In this document: one piece after another, positions 38,700-51,772 of the stretch
Numbering within the stretch: position 1 is the first letter of the stretch
Layout: each line of letters starts with the position of its first letter
Source: Octopus sinensis
Taxonomy: Eukaryota
Length of the DNA: 64,000 nucleotides
Direction of reading: 5' to 3'
Assembly: GCF_006345805.1 (NCBI RefSeq)
Contig: NC_043015.1
Span: 23,746,001-23,810,000, forward strand
Position numbers and translations under genes: made by a program
Notes under the pieces: model-generated
What the model saw: only the letters and a program-made list of their open reading frames with translations
What the model was told of the DNA's origin: nothing
The model's database searches: none

Positions 38700-39400
38700 A
38701 TTATCTGAGCAATCTTTTGGATAACTCTGAAACGTGGTTCACCTGCGATATTATCTAGATGGTTTTGATATCCCTTTCTCATCATACTAAAGAAACCCAG
38801 AATAACAGGAACAGTTCTCGCGTTAATGGCTTCGATAGGATGTGCTCAGTTTTTAATATGAGTCTTGATCTCTTTTAATTCCCTTTCCTATTTTTCCTTC
38901 ATAGTAGCATGGTGTATACAATCTCCTTTTTTATCCCCGGGTATTTTTGGTTTTCTTGTGGGTCAAGTTCCTCGATGTTAGTGTTGGTGTCTAATTTGAT
39001 GGAAGCTGTACGTTTGGGTTTGCCTCTTACAATAATTGCTTTAGCACACCAACAAGGCCAAAATCCAACCCGATGTCATTGCTGAACTCTTTAACAGTTG
39101 TTAACAGCCCTTGTAGAACTTCGTCGTTTCTAGCAAACAGTTTCATGTTGTCCATATAAAACAGATGTCTTACTATATTATACACTAGCCATTAAACCGC
39201 CACTACGTTGCTGTCCGTCGTTAAGAAATGGCAGCCATGGTGACTCTACTATCCTCAGATTCTATCCCTTCAAACTTTTGTTTCCAAATTTTTTTTTATT
39301 CACCTCGCAAGTTCATTTGTCCCTTTTAAATGTTACTGTTTTGCTGCCTGCCTTGAAGCAGACCTTTCCGTTGTCACTGCCTGATATTTATGATTGATCT
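38700..39400 (-). mobile_element. R4/Dong-like RT fragment, decayed
   Basis: HLFYMDNMKLFARND..LLTTVKEFSNDIGLDFGL..CAK (YMDD-like motif, ~39060-39170). Confidence 0.75.
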
Positions 39401-39452
39401 TTCAAAATATGTTATTTCTCAACTTACTCAAGCTCTTTTGTTGTTTATAAAT

Positions 39453-39488
<36 letters not shown>

Positions 39489-41319
39489 AAGAGAAAGATA
39501 GAGAGTAAGAGAAAGCGAGGGAGAGTCCCAGTGGAATGAAGAGTAAGAGAGTGGGAAAGTGAGAGAGAAAGGAGAGAGAAACACAGAAGGAGAATGTGGT
39601 GATAAAAACAGAAAGGAAGCAACAGAAAGTAACAACCACATTCTTACCCGCACATAGAGCGGGTTACCTAAAGGTAGTATATTATAAAACAGTTTGACAT
39701 TAACCTGATGGGATACTTCAGTAGAAATTTATTATTCAAACCGACAATGGCTTAACTTGCAAGTGAGTGTCAATAGTATTCCTGAATAACACACACACAT
39801 ATCAAGAGAGAGGCGGGGAAATACATAGATATTTATATCCAGGTAGACGGCAAGACAGATAAACCAATATATAGACACACAAACGGACATAGAGTCAGGC
39901 AGAGAGGCAGACAGGTATTTATACAACTAAATCATATGCCCTGCTTTGCCATTCAGTGCTACTAATCGATTGTTGGAAACTTCTATTTGCACCAAACTCC
40001 TAGTAGTTGCCTTGAGAGTGCACAGATATTCCCCTTCTGCAGGGGTTACACTTTGACACTGCATATGTGTTAAATGTACTAACAATATAACTGACTTGTT
40101 TCAACACATGTAAACGAAGTGGAAGTCTTCTGTTGCTGGCTACAGGACTCGACGTGTCATACCATTAACAACCCACCCCCACTTACCTTTACAAATGATA
40201 CAGTATCTAATCAAATCAAAGTGTTCATTCATTGCTTTTGATTCATACATAACTCTTGCATTGTTAAACAGAATTATGTTAAAACGCAGACAATTTAGCC
40301 ATAATAGAAACTATCAAGGCATTCTATATATCAATAAATCATGTTAAATATTTAATTTATTGCTCTATTATCGGTTTGCTTCAATAATACGCCGTGTCTA
40401 AAGTTGAATTTATCTATGGAATGCTTCACCATTCCGAGAGCTTGTCCTCAGTTATATGGCAAAATATATTTGCATAATGCCATGCAAATTGAAACGTCAT
40501 TTACACATTGAATACCTGCAATAAAAATTAATCCGTACACAGAATTAATGAAGTTTCATATAATAAGTCGGACATAACAAAGCATGCTTAACTTTAATTA
40601 TCACTCTTCGATTCGGAGATCGATTCACTGTGTGGTTTTGTGATTTCGGTTTTGTTTTTGCCTTCAGTAATCTATTTAGAGTAGGAGGGCGTGAACACGT
40701 GGTCCTTTCACACTTTTCTGATCAATTAAATTAACAGAGGAAGTCTTAACAGAAAGAATACCTGAAATAAAGTTAGATTATTTCAAGGGTATGTATAGAC
40801 CTGTTGTTTTAGTCGTGTTACGGATTAATTATGCGATCTAAAACAAGAACGGTCGTCCCTTTACTCAGCATACCCAACAAGCTTTCAGTAACAGAGTTTC
40901 CCTTGAACTCTACAGTATTCTGTAAATGCCTTTCCCATGACGGTCACTAGTTGAATGAACCTGTAGCCATATGTCTTCGTAGCAAATTCCCAAACTAAAC
41001 AGGTATCTTTGAGTGAAGGAAAATCAGAATCAACTCGGGGTTAAACAGTAACATCCAGCCAACCTTTGATCACACCGTAATACAAAGTTGTTTTTGTTGT
41101 TCAGACAATGAAACATATTCGACCACATCTATGATCAGATATCAGCCACGAATTGATTTAATTAATTATTCAACATATGCTTATATTTTTAAAATATAAT
41201 ATGTATTTGGAGGGAGATTTTGCTACATATTTGGCAAAGCTGGTGACTTTGCAGAGTTCCCTTTATAAAAATGTGGAATAGGCTGCAGAGTGACTATTGC
41301 ACATTTTAAACACATCACT

Positions 41320-41360
<41 letters not shown>

Positions 41361-42169
41361 ATACATACACACACACACGCACATACACACACACGTATAT
41401 ACACAACACTCACTCTTTTCTTTCTCTCTCTCTCTCTCTCTTTCACTCACACACAACAGCAACAAAACATATATACACACGCACCTAGCGTAATGTCGAT
41501 GAAACGACAGATTCCAATAATCCAGTGACTGAGAGATTCAGTAATTCAATAAACCATATATTGTCCCAAGAGATTAATCGCGGATATAATTTTTGAGCCG
41601 ATGAAATTGAAAATCCATCTTACGTGATCAAATCGTTGGTAATTAATTTTATATTGTTTTTATTTAATCCACCGTAATCATCGGAGTTAGTAAAAAGATC
41701 TGAATAACCACGGAATAAGTTATCTATTTTGACCAAATAAAGAAGGTCTCTTCTGCATTCAGTTTTTCAGCAAATCTTTAATATTTTCAAATTCATAATG
41801 TATATTGAAGGCAAATGTGACGATTGTCATGAGACATTTTCCAAAATTTCAAACACCATTGAGTGTTCATCAAGTAAAAAGCAAAATAATGACACCAATC
41901 TATAATTCTCGATGCTGATGAAGTCTGATATGACTCAAATATGTCCATAATTGTCTCCCCTTACAGCAAAACATCAGTTTCTATGTACAGTTGCATTCCG
42001 TATTTAATAGAGCTTTAGTTAATTAATATTTTAAGGGCCCTCTCTATTGTATTGGAAAAGAAATTAGCGATTCATATTATTTACTCATCACTAAGTGAAT
42101 ATTTTTCATTAAAACCGATTCGCTAACTATATCAACAATTTTGAGTTTATGTTTCGCTCGGTCTCTTAA

Positions 42170-43707
42170 GACAATACTTCACCGCCAAGAATAGGCCTTG
42201 ACTCCGCAAGAACAGCTGTGTGCTGCTTGTGAAGCATTGGTACGAGGGGCGTTCAATAAGTAATGCCTCTGACCCACTTGCAGTTGTTTGATCGATCTGA
42301 AATTTGGCATGTGCAATTATTTATATCTCTATAGATTAAGTGGCAAATTACAGCTCTGAACTAGTGGTGGTTTCCGATTTACAGGTGTTTGAACTGAGTC
42401 AAGTGTGAAATGGAGCCTGTTGAGTGTCGAGCAGTGATCCGGTTTTTGTATTTGAAAGGACGCACACCACGGGAGACTTTTGATGAAATGATTGTAACTT
42501 ATGGTGATGATGCCCCATCATATGACCTTGTAAAACGCTGGCATCGTGAATTCAAACATGGTCGGAACTCTGTGGAAACAGCTCCCAGATCTGGTCGCCC
42601 CCTTCTGCCATTGATGAGGCATCTGTCTGTCAAGTTGAGGCTGCCATTTTGGAAGATCGACGCATAACTATTCGCCAAATAGCCCATGAGGTCAAGATTA
42701 TTACCGGGTCTGTGGAAACTATCATTCATGACCATTTGCATATGCAAAAGGTGTCTGCCAGATGGATTCCCATGTTGCTCACACCTTTCCAGAAGCAAGA
42801 ACGCGTCGATTGCTCGAGGATGAATTTAGAGATGTGCCAAGAAGATGAGTCAAAATTTTTCAAAAGACTGATTGCATAGGATAAAGCCTGGGTCCATCAT
42901 TATGATCCAGAGACCAAAGCCCAGTCAATGCAGTGGAAGCACCGTGACTCACCTCCTCCAAAGAAGGCAAGGGTGCAGCTCTCCGCTGGCAAGGTCATGC
43001 TTACAGTCTTCTGGGACCTGAACGGAGTAGTGAAGACATATTTCCTGGCAAAGAGTGCCACAATTACAGGAGTCTATTATGCTTCACTTTTGAGGAAATT
43101 AAGAGAAGCTATCAAAATCATGAGGCGGGGCAAGATCAGCAAAGGCATCCTCCTCCTGCAGGACAACGCTCCGATCCACAACTCGCATGTCGCCAGATCA
43201 GAAGCACAGGCGTGCGGCTATGAACTCCTCCCCATCCCCCTACTCTCCTGACCTTGCACCCTCTGATTTTCACCTCTTCCCAGCCATGAAGTTGTTTTTG
43301 AAAGGAAAGCGTTTCCCAGATGATGCAGCCTTGATTTCTGAAGTGACGTCGTGGTTGGAGGACCAAGCTGGGGTCTTCTACAAAAACGGTCTTCAGAGCT
43401 GCATCAAACGAATGGAGAAATGCGTAACTCTGGGTGGTTCCTATATAGAAAAAGACTAATAACTGTTCCAAGTTTCGCTGCTCTACTGCTATGGGAAGTG
43501 GGTCAGAGGCATTACTTATTGAACGCCCCTCGTACCTAGACATAAGGCTGTGATTCGAAATAGAGGTGGTCATATCGAATAAATTTGGTAGAGTCATAAT
43601 TATGTTTCCTTTACCATTGCATTACAATGCTCGGATCCGAAATATAACAATATTTAGCTTTGTAATATTGAAAAAAGTTGGTTGACTTAATTTTAGGACA
43701 CCCTATA
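42170..43707 (+). mobile_element. 3' fragment of an older Tc1/mariner-superfamily element (42170-42242 plus 43533-43707), split by the mariner insertion
   Basis: Joining the flanks at the TA gives RQE*ALTPQEQLCAACEALVPRHKAVIRNRGGHIE*, a typical Tc1/DD37D transposase C-terminus. TIR-like end TTTTAGGACACCCT-ATA at 43691-43707. Confidence 0.7.
42241..43534 (+). mobile_element. Full-length mariner transposon (DD34D, irritans/Hsmar2-like ends); transposase pseudogene
   Basis: Perfect 39-nt inverted ends including TA: TACGAGGGGCGTTCAATAAGTAATGCCTCTGACCCACTT (42241-42279) and 43496-43534. Transposase 42410-43459 has RWIP, D(KAW), QDNA and YSPDLAPSD motifs, two frameshifts and one TAG (42877-42879). 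Confidence 0.97.
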
Positions 43708-43716
43708 TTTTATATT

Positions 43717-43762
<46 letters not shown>

Positions 43763-44863
43763 AGAGAAAGAGAGGGAGAAAAAGAAAAATAGAATGAGAA
43801 AAAGCGAGAGAGCAGTATGTATCGTTTTGTACACTGTTCACTCTTTGTTCTCTATGCCAGCCACTTACTGCTTGAAGATTACAAACTTTCCACACTCGGA
43901 TCTCTGGGTCGCATTTATATATAATATAAATACACACAAACATATATATTATTTGTATATATGTATATGCATATATGTATGTGTGCGTGTATGTATGTAT
44001 TTATGTCTGTCTCACATAAGATGAAAATAAGGTTGAACTTCCTGCACCCCTTTTCCTAATGCTGATTACCATGATTCTTCTGGGGGTTTTGTAACCATTG
44101 CATTTATTAATGAGTGATTCTGGTTTTATATTTTTGAATTGCAGTATACGGTAGAGAAACACGCAGTAGATGAAGTCCCAGAGTAATCAACAATGATGAC
44201 CACTAGTAAGAAAAATTTCAACACATAACAACTCAGTGACAGCAATAAATAGCGTAATATGTTTTTTCTCGTCCTTTAACGAAAAAAAAGATCTACGAAG
44301 GAAATAATGAGTTTGAAAACAAAACTTTCGAACTGGATATTGGTAGTAAAGAAAGAAAGTAAATGAAATATGTTCGACAATGATTGATGATTTGAAGATG
44401 TGAGTCGGAATTAATATGGAATGAAGAAAAATAGGTGATAGCCATGAGTAAAAGGAACTTGTGGATTTCTTAAACGAAATGAATGATGCAAGGCATATCA
44501 CATCGTTACATTTATCCTGCGCTGGGTTCTTCTAAAAACTTGTATTTGCATGTGTTTATCTCTCCCTGACACTTTCGTAAATGGTTTGGTTTATTTATCT
44601 ATCTACCTACACCTACATATATCCCTAGGTGAATCTGTACCAACTTTCAGCTTTCCTAGCTACATGCTAAACACATCCACACACACACACACATACATCC
44701 ACACACACACACACACTATCTCTCTCTCTCTCTCTCTAACTCACACTTTCAGTTATACCCCTTTATCTCTCTCCACACGCACACACACACACAAACACAC
44801 GCGCACATGATATTTCCATGTGTAAGCGGATATCTGAATCAAGGCTATAATAGGTATACAGAA

Positions 44864-44928
44864 CTTTACCGCACCTGATAAGTTCCGGATACACACATTT
44901 CTATACGCAAGAAACCCTTGCGGTAAAG
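44864..44928 (+). ncRNA. Decayed type-I hammerhead-like motif
   Basis: 10-bp stem I CTTTACCGCA/TGCGGTAAAG enclosing CTGATAA, stem II TTCCGGATA..TATACGCAA, and GAAA. The stem III and cleavage triplet are eroded. Confidence 0.45.
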
Positions 44929-45402
44929 AGCTGAAACAACTGAGCTTAGAAAGGAATCACAAATGACAGGGCTATGTTGTAATGGTGCATCTCTCAAAAT
45001 AAAAAAAAAAATTATTTCCAAATTGGACTTGATGGATTTGAAACTAGCTTTCAGTAAGTATGTTATCTCTAACTTGACTGCATCTACACACATGGAATGT
45101 TTCATAATGGTAGGATGCCGAGTAAATACAAGTAACTAGCAATGCAATGAGGGTGGACGGGTACACATAATGCTGTGAATTACAAATAATATTACAAAAG
45201 ATATTTAGACATCGTTTTAGATACCTGGCACATCGAAAATATTAAATGCCATGTTGTCGAAAACACAGCAATAAAGTTTGCTTTTCATAAGGTTTCACTA
45301 AGAAACTTCAGTTTCGACTTCATTTCAGGTAATAAGACCGCAAGATGGCAGATTCTTTAACATTTCAGGAAATATTCTTAGCTGCATTACGTCCGTCTTT
45401 AC

Positions 45403-45503
45403 GTATGTATGTATGTATGTATGTATGTATGTATGTATGTATGTATGTATGTATGTATGTATGTATGTATGTATGTATGTATGTATGTATGTATGTATGT
45501 ATG
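45403..45503. repeat. (TATG)n microsatellite
   Basis: Perfect run. Confidence 0.95.
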
Positions 45504-45747
45504 TGTGTGTGTGTGTATGTGTATGCACATTCAGCAGTAATAATCATGGCCTCATTGCTGTTTGAATTTTGTCAGTTACAGCTTCATACACATATAAAGA
45601 ATTTACAAATACTTTTGAACCCGACACTGTTTGATCAACAGTGAAATCATTTTGTCATATCTGATTCGACAAGGAGATTTGAGACGAAACGATAAATTAT
45701 GTTGGAGCTTCTTTCACTATAAATACGATATAATTTTATTTATATCA

Positions 45748-46085
45748 TTTGCCTTAGTCGTTGTTAATGGCCATTCTCGAGCACTGCTTTGGAGGATTCA
45801 TTCGAATGAATCTACCCTGCTGGGTACGCTGCCTGGAATTTATTCTGTTCGGTAGGTCACTTTTATGAAACTGCTACGTTTAAGAGACGTAAACAAACAA
45901 ACCCCGACACACAGAGCGCATGAAAACCCATCCCTGTCTTCGTCTCAGCGGAATCCCACTACATTCACAAGACATTATTTGGCTGGAGATTCTATAAGGA
46001 CAAATTACTCAAGGTGGCCTACTATGAGATTGAACGAGAAACAACGTTGCTACGAAGCGGGCGTCTTCACCACACTACACTGCTT
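45748..46085 (-). mobile_element. SINE family A, old degenerate copy
   Basis: TTAGTCG..GGCCATTCTCGAGCACTGC, GAGACGTAAACAAAC and CTCAAGGTGGCC..GATTGAAC are collinear with the other A copies. Confidence 0.55.
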
Positions 46086-46161
46086 CGTCTCTAAGTCTTG
46101 TCATTTTTTAATAAAATTTCAATGTACAAAGATAAATAATATAACCCCCACCAGCTGATAA

Positions 46162-46375
46162 AGCGACGATCTGGCAGAAACGTTAGCACGCTTGGTAAAA
46201 TGTTTAGCGGTATTTCATCTGTTTTTACGTTCCGAGTTCAGATTCCGCCGAGGTCGACTTTTCCTTTCATCTTTTCGGGGTCGATAAATTTACCATTTGC
46301 TTACTGCAGTCGATCTAATCGACTGGCCCTCTCCCCCAAAATTTCGGACCTTGTGCCGAGAGTAGAAAAGAATAT
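46162..46375 (+). mobile_element. SINE family B copy
   Basis: CTGGCAGAAACGTTAGCACG..GAGTTCAGATTCCGCCGAGGTCGAC..TTTCATCTTTTCGGGGTCGATAAA. Confidence 0.9.
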
Positions 46376-47104
46376 AACCCCAGGTGATTAGACTTAGTTT
46401 TGAATATCACCGATGCTACATTCTGTTTCAATCTTTTTGATCTCGGGCAGTCATCAGAAGTGGTTTCCCTAGATACATACACAATGAACTGATTTCAAAT
46501 GAGAATAGCACCTGTCCAAAATAGTAATTGTAACACGCACACGCCTTGCACAACTTCTCATAGCAACGTGGATGACTGAATCACTGCTATTTGCTTAGAA
46601 AATTATCATTTTATTTTGAATCCAGGTCGGTAAGACACGTGATGACAATCCAAACAGATAGCAACGCAGTGGAAGTATACACACACAGAGACACACTCAC
46701 AAATACACACGCGCACGCACCGAAAAAAGCGTACACATTCACACACACAACGTAGCACACACACAACGTAGCACACACACATACACATTAATGCTTCTTC
46801 TCTAACGACGGTGATGATAGAAATAGTTACCAAGCTAAATTATGAGTAGTTGTGAGAGAAGGAGATTGAGTTGGTAAAGAGTAGAAAGCCATATAAACGT
46901 AATTAATGCTGAGAGTTCTAATTAGTTCTCGGTTTCCTCAGCACTGTAGATGTTGGTCCAAACATCTAAGACGATGGCATTTGATAATGTATATCATTTG
47001 GTTAGATTTTTCAGAAATGTCTGTAGATTTACTTCTCTATGACAGGAAAACTTCAGTTTCAAATTTTGAAAGAATGCTGGCATTTTTTCGGGAACGAATG
47101 AGTT

Positions 47105-47420
47105 AATTATATCGATTCCAGTGTTCAACTGTTTGCGATTTTATCAATCCCGATTGATGAAACGCAAAGTCGACATCGGCGTAGTTTGAACTCTGAACAT
47201 GAAGATTTATGGAAATGCCACTCAGTATTTTGCCTGGCGAGCTAACCATTCTGCCAACTCACCATGTTTCAAATTTTGGCACTTGTCCAGTAAGTTCGGG
47301 GAAGAGGGTTCAATTGACTGCATCGAGCCTAAAGTTCAATTAGTACTTATTCTATTGACTCCAAAAGGATGAGATGCAAAGTTGACCGCGTTATCATTTG
47401 AACTCAGATTGTAACGACAT
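47105..47420 (-). mobile_element. Two adjacent degenerate SINE family B copies
   Basis: Two GATGA..AAAGT(C/T)GAC..TTTGAACTC segments at ~47155-47195 and ~47368-47408. Confidence 0.65.
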
Positions 47421-47540
47421 TTCTTTGCTTCTATATTACAAATGCTTAGGCGACTAGTAAACAAGGTTGAGGTATGCCCATGTGTTAGAAATACCAGTCA
47501 CATGTGTTTCAACCAAACATCTCTAAGTTAAACGGGGAAT

Positions 47541-47620
47541 ACTGGACAATGGAAATAACCTACTGGACAATGAAAAATGCCCTCCCGGAAATTGGATCTG
47601 ACGAACTGGACAATGGAAAT
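47541..47620. repeat. Three 16-bp direct repeats (ACTGGACAATGGAAAT)
   Basis: Copies at 47541-47556, 47562-47577 (one mismatch) and 47605-47620. Confidence 0.8.
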
Positions 47621-48019
47621 GACTTACTGGTGAACAGAATTTGAGAAATTAATACAAAAAAGAAAATGTTTACCGTTTGCCATATTCTCAGTAAGAAATG
47701 AAGTACATTAACAAAGATTGTCTCAGTAGAGTGAAAGTGAATTTCTCCAAGAATCTCCAATGTATAAACGAGTTAAAATGTAATATCGTACACGTCTAGA
47801 TGATGTAAAATTCCAATGCAGGTGCACAATCAATAAGCTATATCGGTATTATTGATATACTTTTCTTTCACTTACATTTTTAATTTTTTAAATATTTATT
47901 ATTTCAGTCTATATTCTTCTATTGTTGAAATTTTCTCATTAGCAAAGGAAAAAAACCTTCATACGCATACGCAGAAACGTTTACGCACACGTATATACGT
48001 AACTACATATATATATATA

Positions 48020-48129
<110 letters not shown>

Positions 48130-48628
48130 ATATGTATATATATATATATTTATGTATGTATGTATATGTACACCGCTCTACACAGAAATATTTGTTATGT
48201 GTGTGTATAAGCTTGTGTGCCCGTCTGTGTGTCTATCATTTGCGTTGGTGTGTGTGTGCATTTCATTACCGTAGTTGGGAAGTGTGCGAACGTCGTCATT
48301 AGGTTCTTTTCTCTACTGTGTCGTTAATGAAGCTGATCACAATCTCGTGTGCAAGAATTATTGTAAAAGAAAAATGAATGATGTAATTCACAATACTATG
48401 AAGACACGTTCGTGATAATACTTACTCGTTTGTATGTATGTATATATATATACGTATGTGTGTATGTATGTATGAATATATATATATTTATATATATATA
48501 TATATACACACATATCTTTATTTATAATGAAAGCAATTTTATATGAATCTGATGGGTTACTCTTTACCTATTCTAGAGTACGGATTTATTACTCTTCAAC
48601 AAGATTATTATTGATGGTTTCTAAGAAA

Positions 48629-48867
48629 TACCTATTTCTTTACTACCCACAAGGGGCTAAACACAGAGAGGACAAACAAGGACAGACAAACAGATTAAGT
48701 CGATTATATCGACCCCGGTGCGCAACTGGTACTTATTTAATCGACCCCGAAATGATGAAAGGCAAAGTCGACCTCGGCGAAATTTGAACTCAGAACGTAG
48801 CGGCAGACGAAATATTGCTAAGCATTTCGCCCGGCGTGCTAACGTTTCTGCCAGCACGCCGCCTTTA
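48629..48867 (-). mobile_element. SINE family B, full-length, with 11-bp target-site duplication
   Basis: Near-consensus copy; TTTCTAAGAAA at 48618-48628 and 48868-48878. Confidence 0.95.
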
Positions 48868-48949
48868 TTTCTAAGAAACTTCGTTCATTGTCGGACTGTA
48901 CTGATGTGAAATTAATCCTGTTATTATTATTATTTTTTATATTGTGTCT

Positions 48950-49700
48950 GTTGAGTTAAAATCGTTATTCACTGCGTGTATTTGATTGGAATCATAATTA
49001 GTCCTTAGGGTGGGTTGTTACGGTGGTGAGTTGTTATGGAGAGGTGTTTGGAATAATTTGTATTGATGAAATTTCGGGTTCCAATGTTGCTTAGGGTTGA
49101 CTCATGCACGTAGAACTAACTTACTTAAGAAAGTGTGCATGTTTATTAGATTGGTACCGGATGTATCGGTAGTTTCAGTTACTTTTGGCTGTTTTGACTT
49201 AATCCATTGCATTAGCAATGTAAACGTAAAATAAACAAAGTCCAGTATTTAAAACATCAGTAATTGGGCTAGTCCACATTTTTATAATAGAAGTTTTTAG
49301 ATGTTCACAACAGAATGTAAATGAGTAGTAAGTTTTATCTGGTCAGTTTATTTGTTGTTATTTAGGGTAGTTTTGAGTTTTATACATAAGATGAAGATTA
49401 TCTCTCAGACATGTCATGATGTTGTTATTATAGAAAATTGCTTTGATGTTCAGAAAAAGATTTAAGTTGGTGAAAAATTTGTTTGTCTGTATTTTTCTCT
49501 CTAGATGTTCATTGTTCTGTTAGAAATTTGATTAGAGCATAGAGATATTAACAAGTGTATTTTATGGAAGCGGAATATGTAGGCTATGTCTTTATATTTC
49601 TTCAGTTCTGCTTGAAACGCGAGTATCTTATAATATATCATTTTAGGCCTATAGATATAAACGAATGCAGGGCACTATCAAAACTGAGTATATATTCATG
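48950..49700 (-). mobile_element. Probable Penelope-like element remnant (GIY-YIG region)
   Basis: Minus strand has a decayed segment resembling PLE endonuclease text (..IQTNKF..QLK..HQ.., ~49440-49510) and a C/A-rich 3' region. Many stops; low-identity recall only. Confidence 0.35.
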
Positions 49701-49901
49701 CGTAAATATGGTATCTAATTAAGGCACAACGCAAACAATTGTACAATGAAAGCTTTAGGGTTGGCGCCCTTTGTAGTAAACACGTGCGTTATTCCACCGA
49801 TATTAAAAGGGGTGAATGGGTTGTACCAGTAAAAAAACAAGCTAAGATTATTACTTCTACCTTCAAAATTGTTTGAGTTGCGCTTAAACCAAAATTCCAC
49901 C

Positions 49902-49912
49902 CTTCTTCTTCT

Positions 49913-49959
<47 letters not shown>

Positions 49960-50169
49960 TTCTTCTTCTTCTTCTTTCTTCTTCTTCTTCTTTTCTCTCT
50001 TCTTTCTTCTTCTTCTTTCTTCTTCTTCTTCTTCTTTCTTCTTCTTCTTCTTTCGTCTTCTCTTCTTCTTCTTCTTCTTCTCTTCTTCTTCTTCTTCTTC
50101 TTCTTCTTCTTCTTCTTCTTCTTCTTCTTCTTCTTCTTCTTCTTCTTCTTCTTCTTCTTCTTCTTCTTC
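49902..50169. repeat. (CTT)n microsatellite
   Basis: Source of the poly-E and poly-K ORFs. Similar (GAA)n tracts lie at 50830-50975 and 51600-51770. Confidence 0.95.
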
Positions 50170-51159
50170 ACTTTTAACAAAAAGCAAAAAAAGCAAAAAA
50201 ATTCTTTCGTTTTTATTAAATTCTGAGTTCAAATTCCGCCGGAGCTTGCCTTTCATTATATCGAGGTCGATGAAATAAGCTACCATCTCAGTAGTGGAAT
50301 CGATATAATTAATTTCCCTCGCTCACCAAATCCCGGAGAAATCATCTTCGTCTTTCATCCTTCGGAGTTGACAAAGTAAAATTCCAGGCAAGTACTGATA
50401 TCCCCATAACCTACTGAGCAATTCTCATTAAATTGCTGTCGCTTTGTCAAAATGAGAAAGAATTATTAATCTTATTAATCATAGAAATGCAGTGTGTCCG
50501 TTTTGAGAGAGTTGGAGAAATGTCTTGTAGTATTACATCTCGGACTGTATGTCTTGAATTCAACTTAGATCAAAAGGAAATTATCGTTCTGGTGACGGTC
50601 AAATACTTACCAGTCAATTGCTGGGGTTCAGACAATCGAGTTTCTACCACCATAACTACTACCACTAAATAAATATTTAGAGAACATTCCATCCTTGACT
50701 TTTGGTAGGGATCACAATTACGAGATAGAGATGAAGCTTGGAAAGAATAAGAAGGGATACGAGGAAGCGAAAATGAGAAATAAAAGAGAAAAACAGCAGT
50801 AACAATATTATCATCTAAACGCGGGTGAAAGATATGAAGAAGACGAAGAAGAAGGAGGAGGAGGAGGAGGAGGAGGAGGCAGGGAGGGGAGGGGAGGGGA
50901 TACGGAGAATGAGGAGGGGAGAAGAAGAAGAAGAAGAAGAAGAAGAAGAAGAAGAAGGAAGAGAATAAGAAGAAAGGCGCCATCGTCTGATATAAAACAT
51001 TTCTCACAAGGACTAATCAAAGTAAGTGGGCAAAGTGAAGTGATTTCTGTCGATGTGGGATTAGAAGTTGTGCCAAAAACAAGCAGCGTCTCATTTGTAA
51101 CGAAAATTAATAGTATTTACAAAGTTTTACAAGGCTTAAAGCTGTTTAAAAACAACAAC

Positions 51160-51259
51160 NNNNNNNNNNNNNNNNNNNNNNNNNNNNNNNNNNNNNNNNN
51201 NNNNNNNNNNNNNNNNNNNNNNNNNNNNNNNNNNNNNNNNNNNNNNNNNNNNNNNNNNN
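51160..51259. other. Assembly gap (100 N, size unknown)
   Basis: Run of exactly 100 N. Confidence 1.
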
Positions 51260-51400
51260 CTGCTGTTACTTGTTATATTTCTTTTTCATTACGTGGTTTG
51301 AGGTCCATGTAATCGACTGATATTAATCGACTAAAATAATAGAAATTATTCTATTATTTTGGTAATTATTATTATTGTTGTTGTTGTTGTTGTTATACTT

Positions 51401-51597
51401 TCTGAACAAGGGCTGAAATTTAGTGAAGAGGATCAGTCGATTACATGGACCTCAGTGTTTTATTGGTACTTAATTTATCGACCACGAAAAGATGAAAGGC
51501 GAAGTCGACCTTGGCAGAATTTATACGGGGAACGTATAGACGGGCGAAATACCGCTATGCATTCCGTCCAGCTTACTAACGATCCTGCCAACTCGCT
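51401..51597 (-). mobile_element. SINE family B copy
   Basis: GATGAAAGGCGAAGTCGACCTTGGC..GAAATACCGCTATGCATT..CTAACGATCCTGCCAACTCGC. Confidence 0.85.
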
Positions 51598-51741
51598 AAT
51601 GAAGAAGAAGAAGAAGAAGAAGAAGAAAGAGGAAGAAGAAAGAAGGAAGAAAAAGAGAGAAGAAGAAGAAGAAGAAAAGAAGAAGAGAAGAAGAAGAAGA
51701 AGAAGAAGAAGAAGAAGAAGAAGAAGAGAAGAAGAGAAAAG

Positions 51742-51772
<31 letters not shown>

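Noticed and set aside
41912-41948. ATG-CTGATGA-AGTC tgatat GACT-CAAA-TATG-TC-CAT
   Set aside because: It needs two repairs (G12 and stem III) and has only a 3-bp stem I; not counted, though it may be a relic.
46405-46457. Minus-strand CTGATGA..GAAA-CAGAATG-TA
   Set aside because: No stem I and no valid stem II closure.
47541-47620. CRISPR-like array interpretation of short direct repeats
   Set aside because: Eukaryotic context, repeats of 16 bp, spacers of 5 and 27 bp, and no cas genes.
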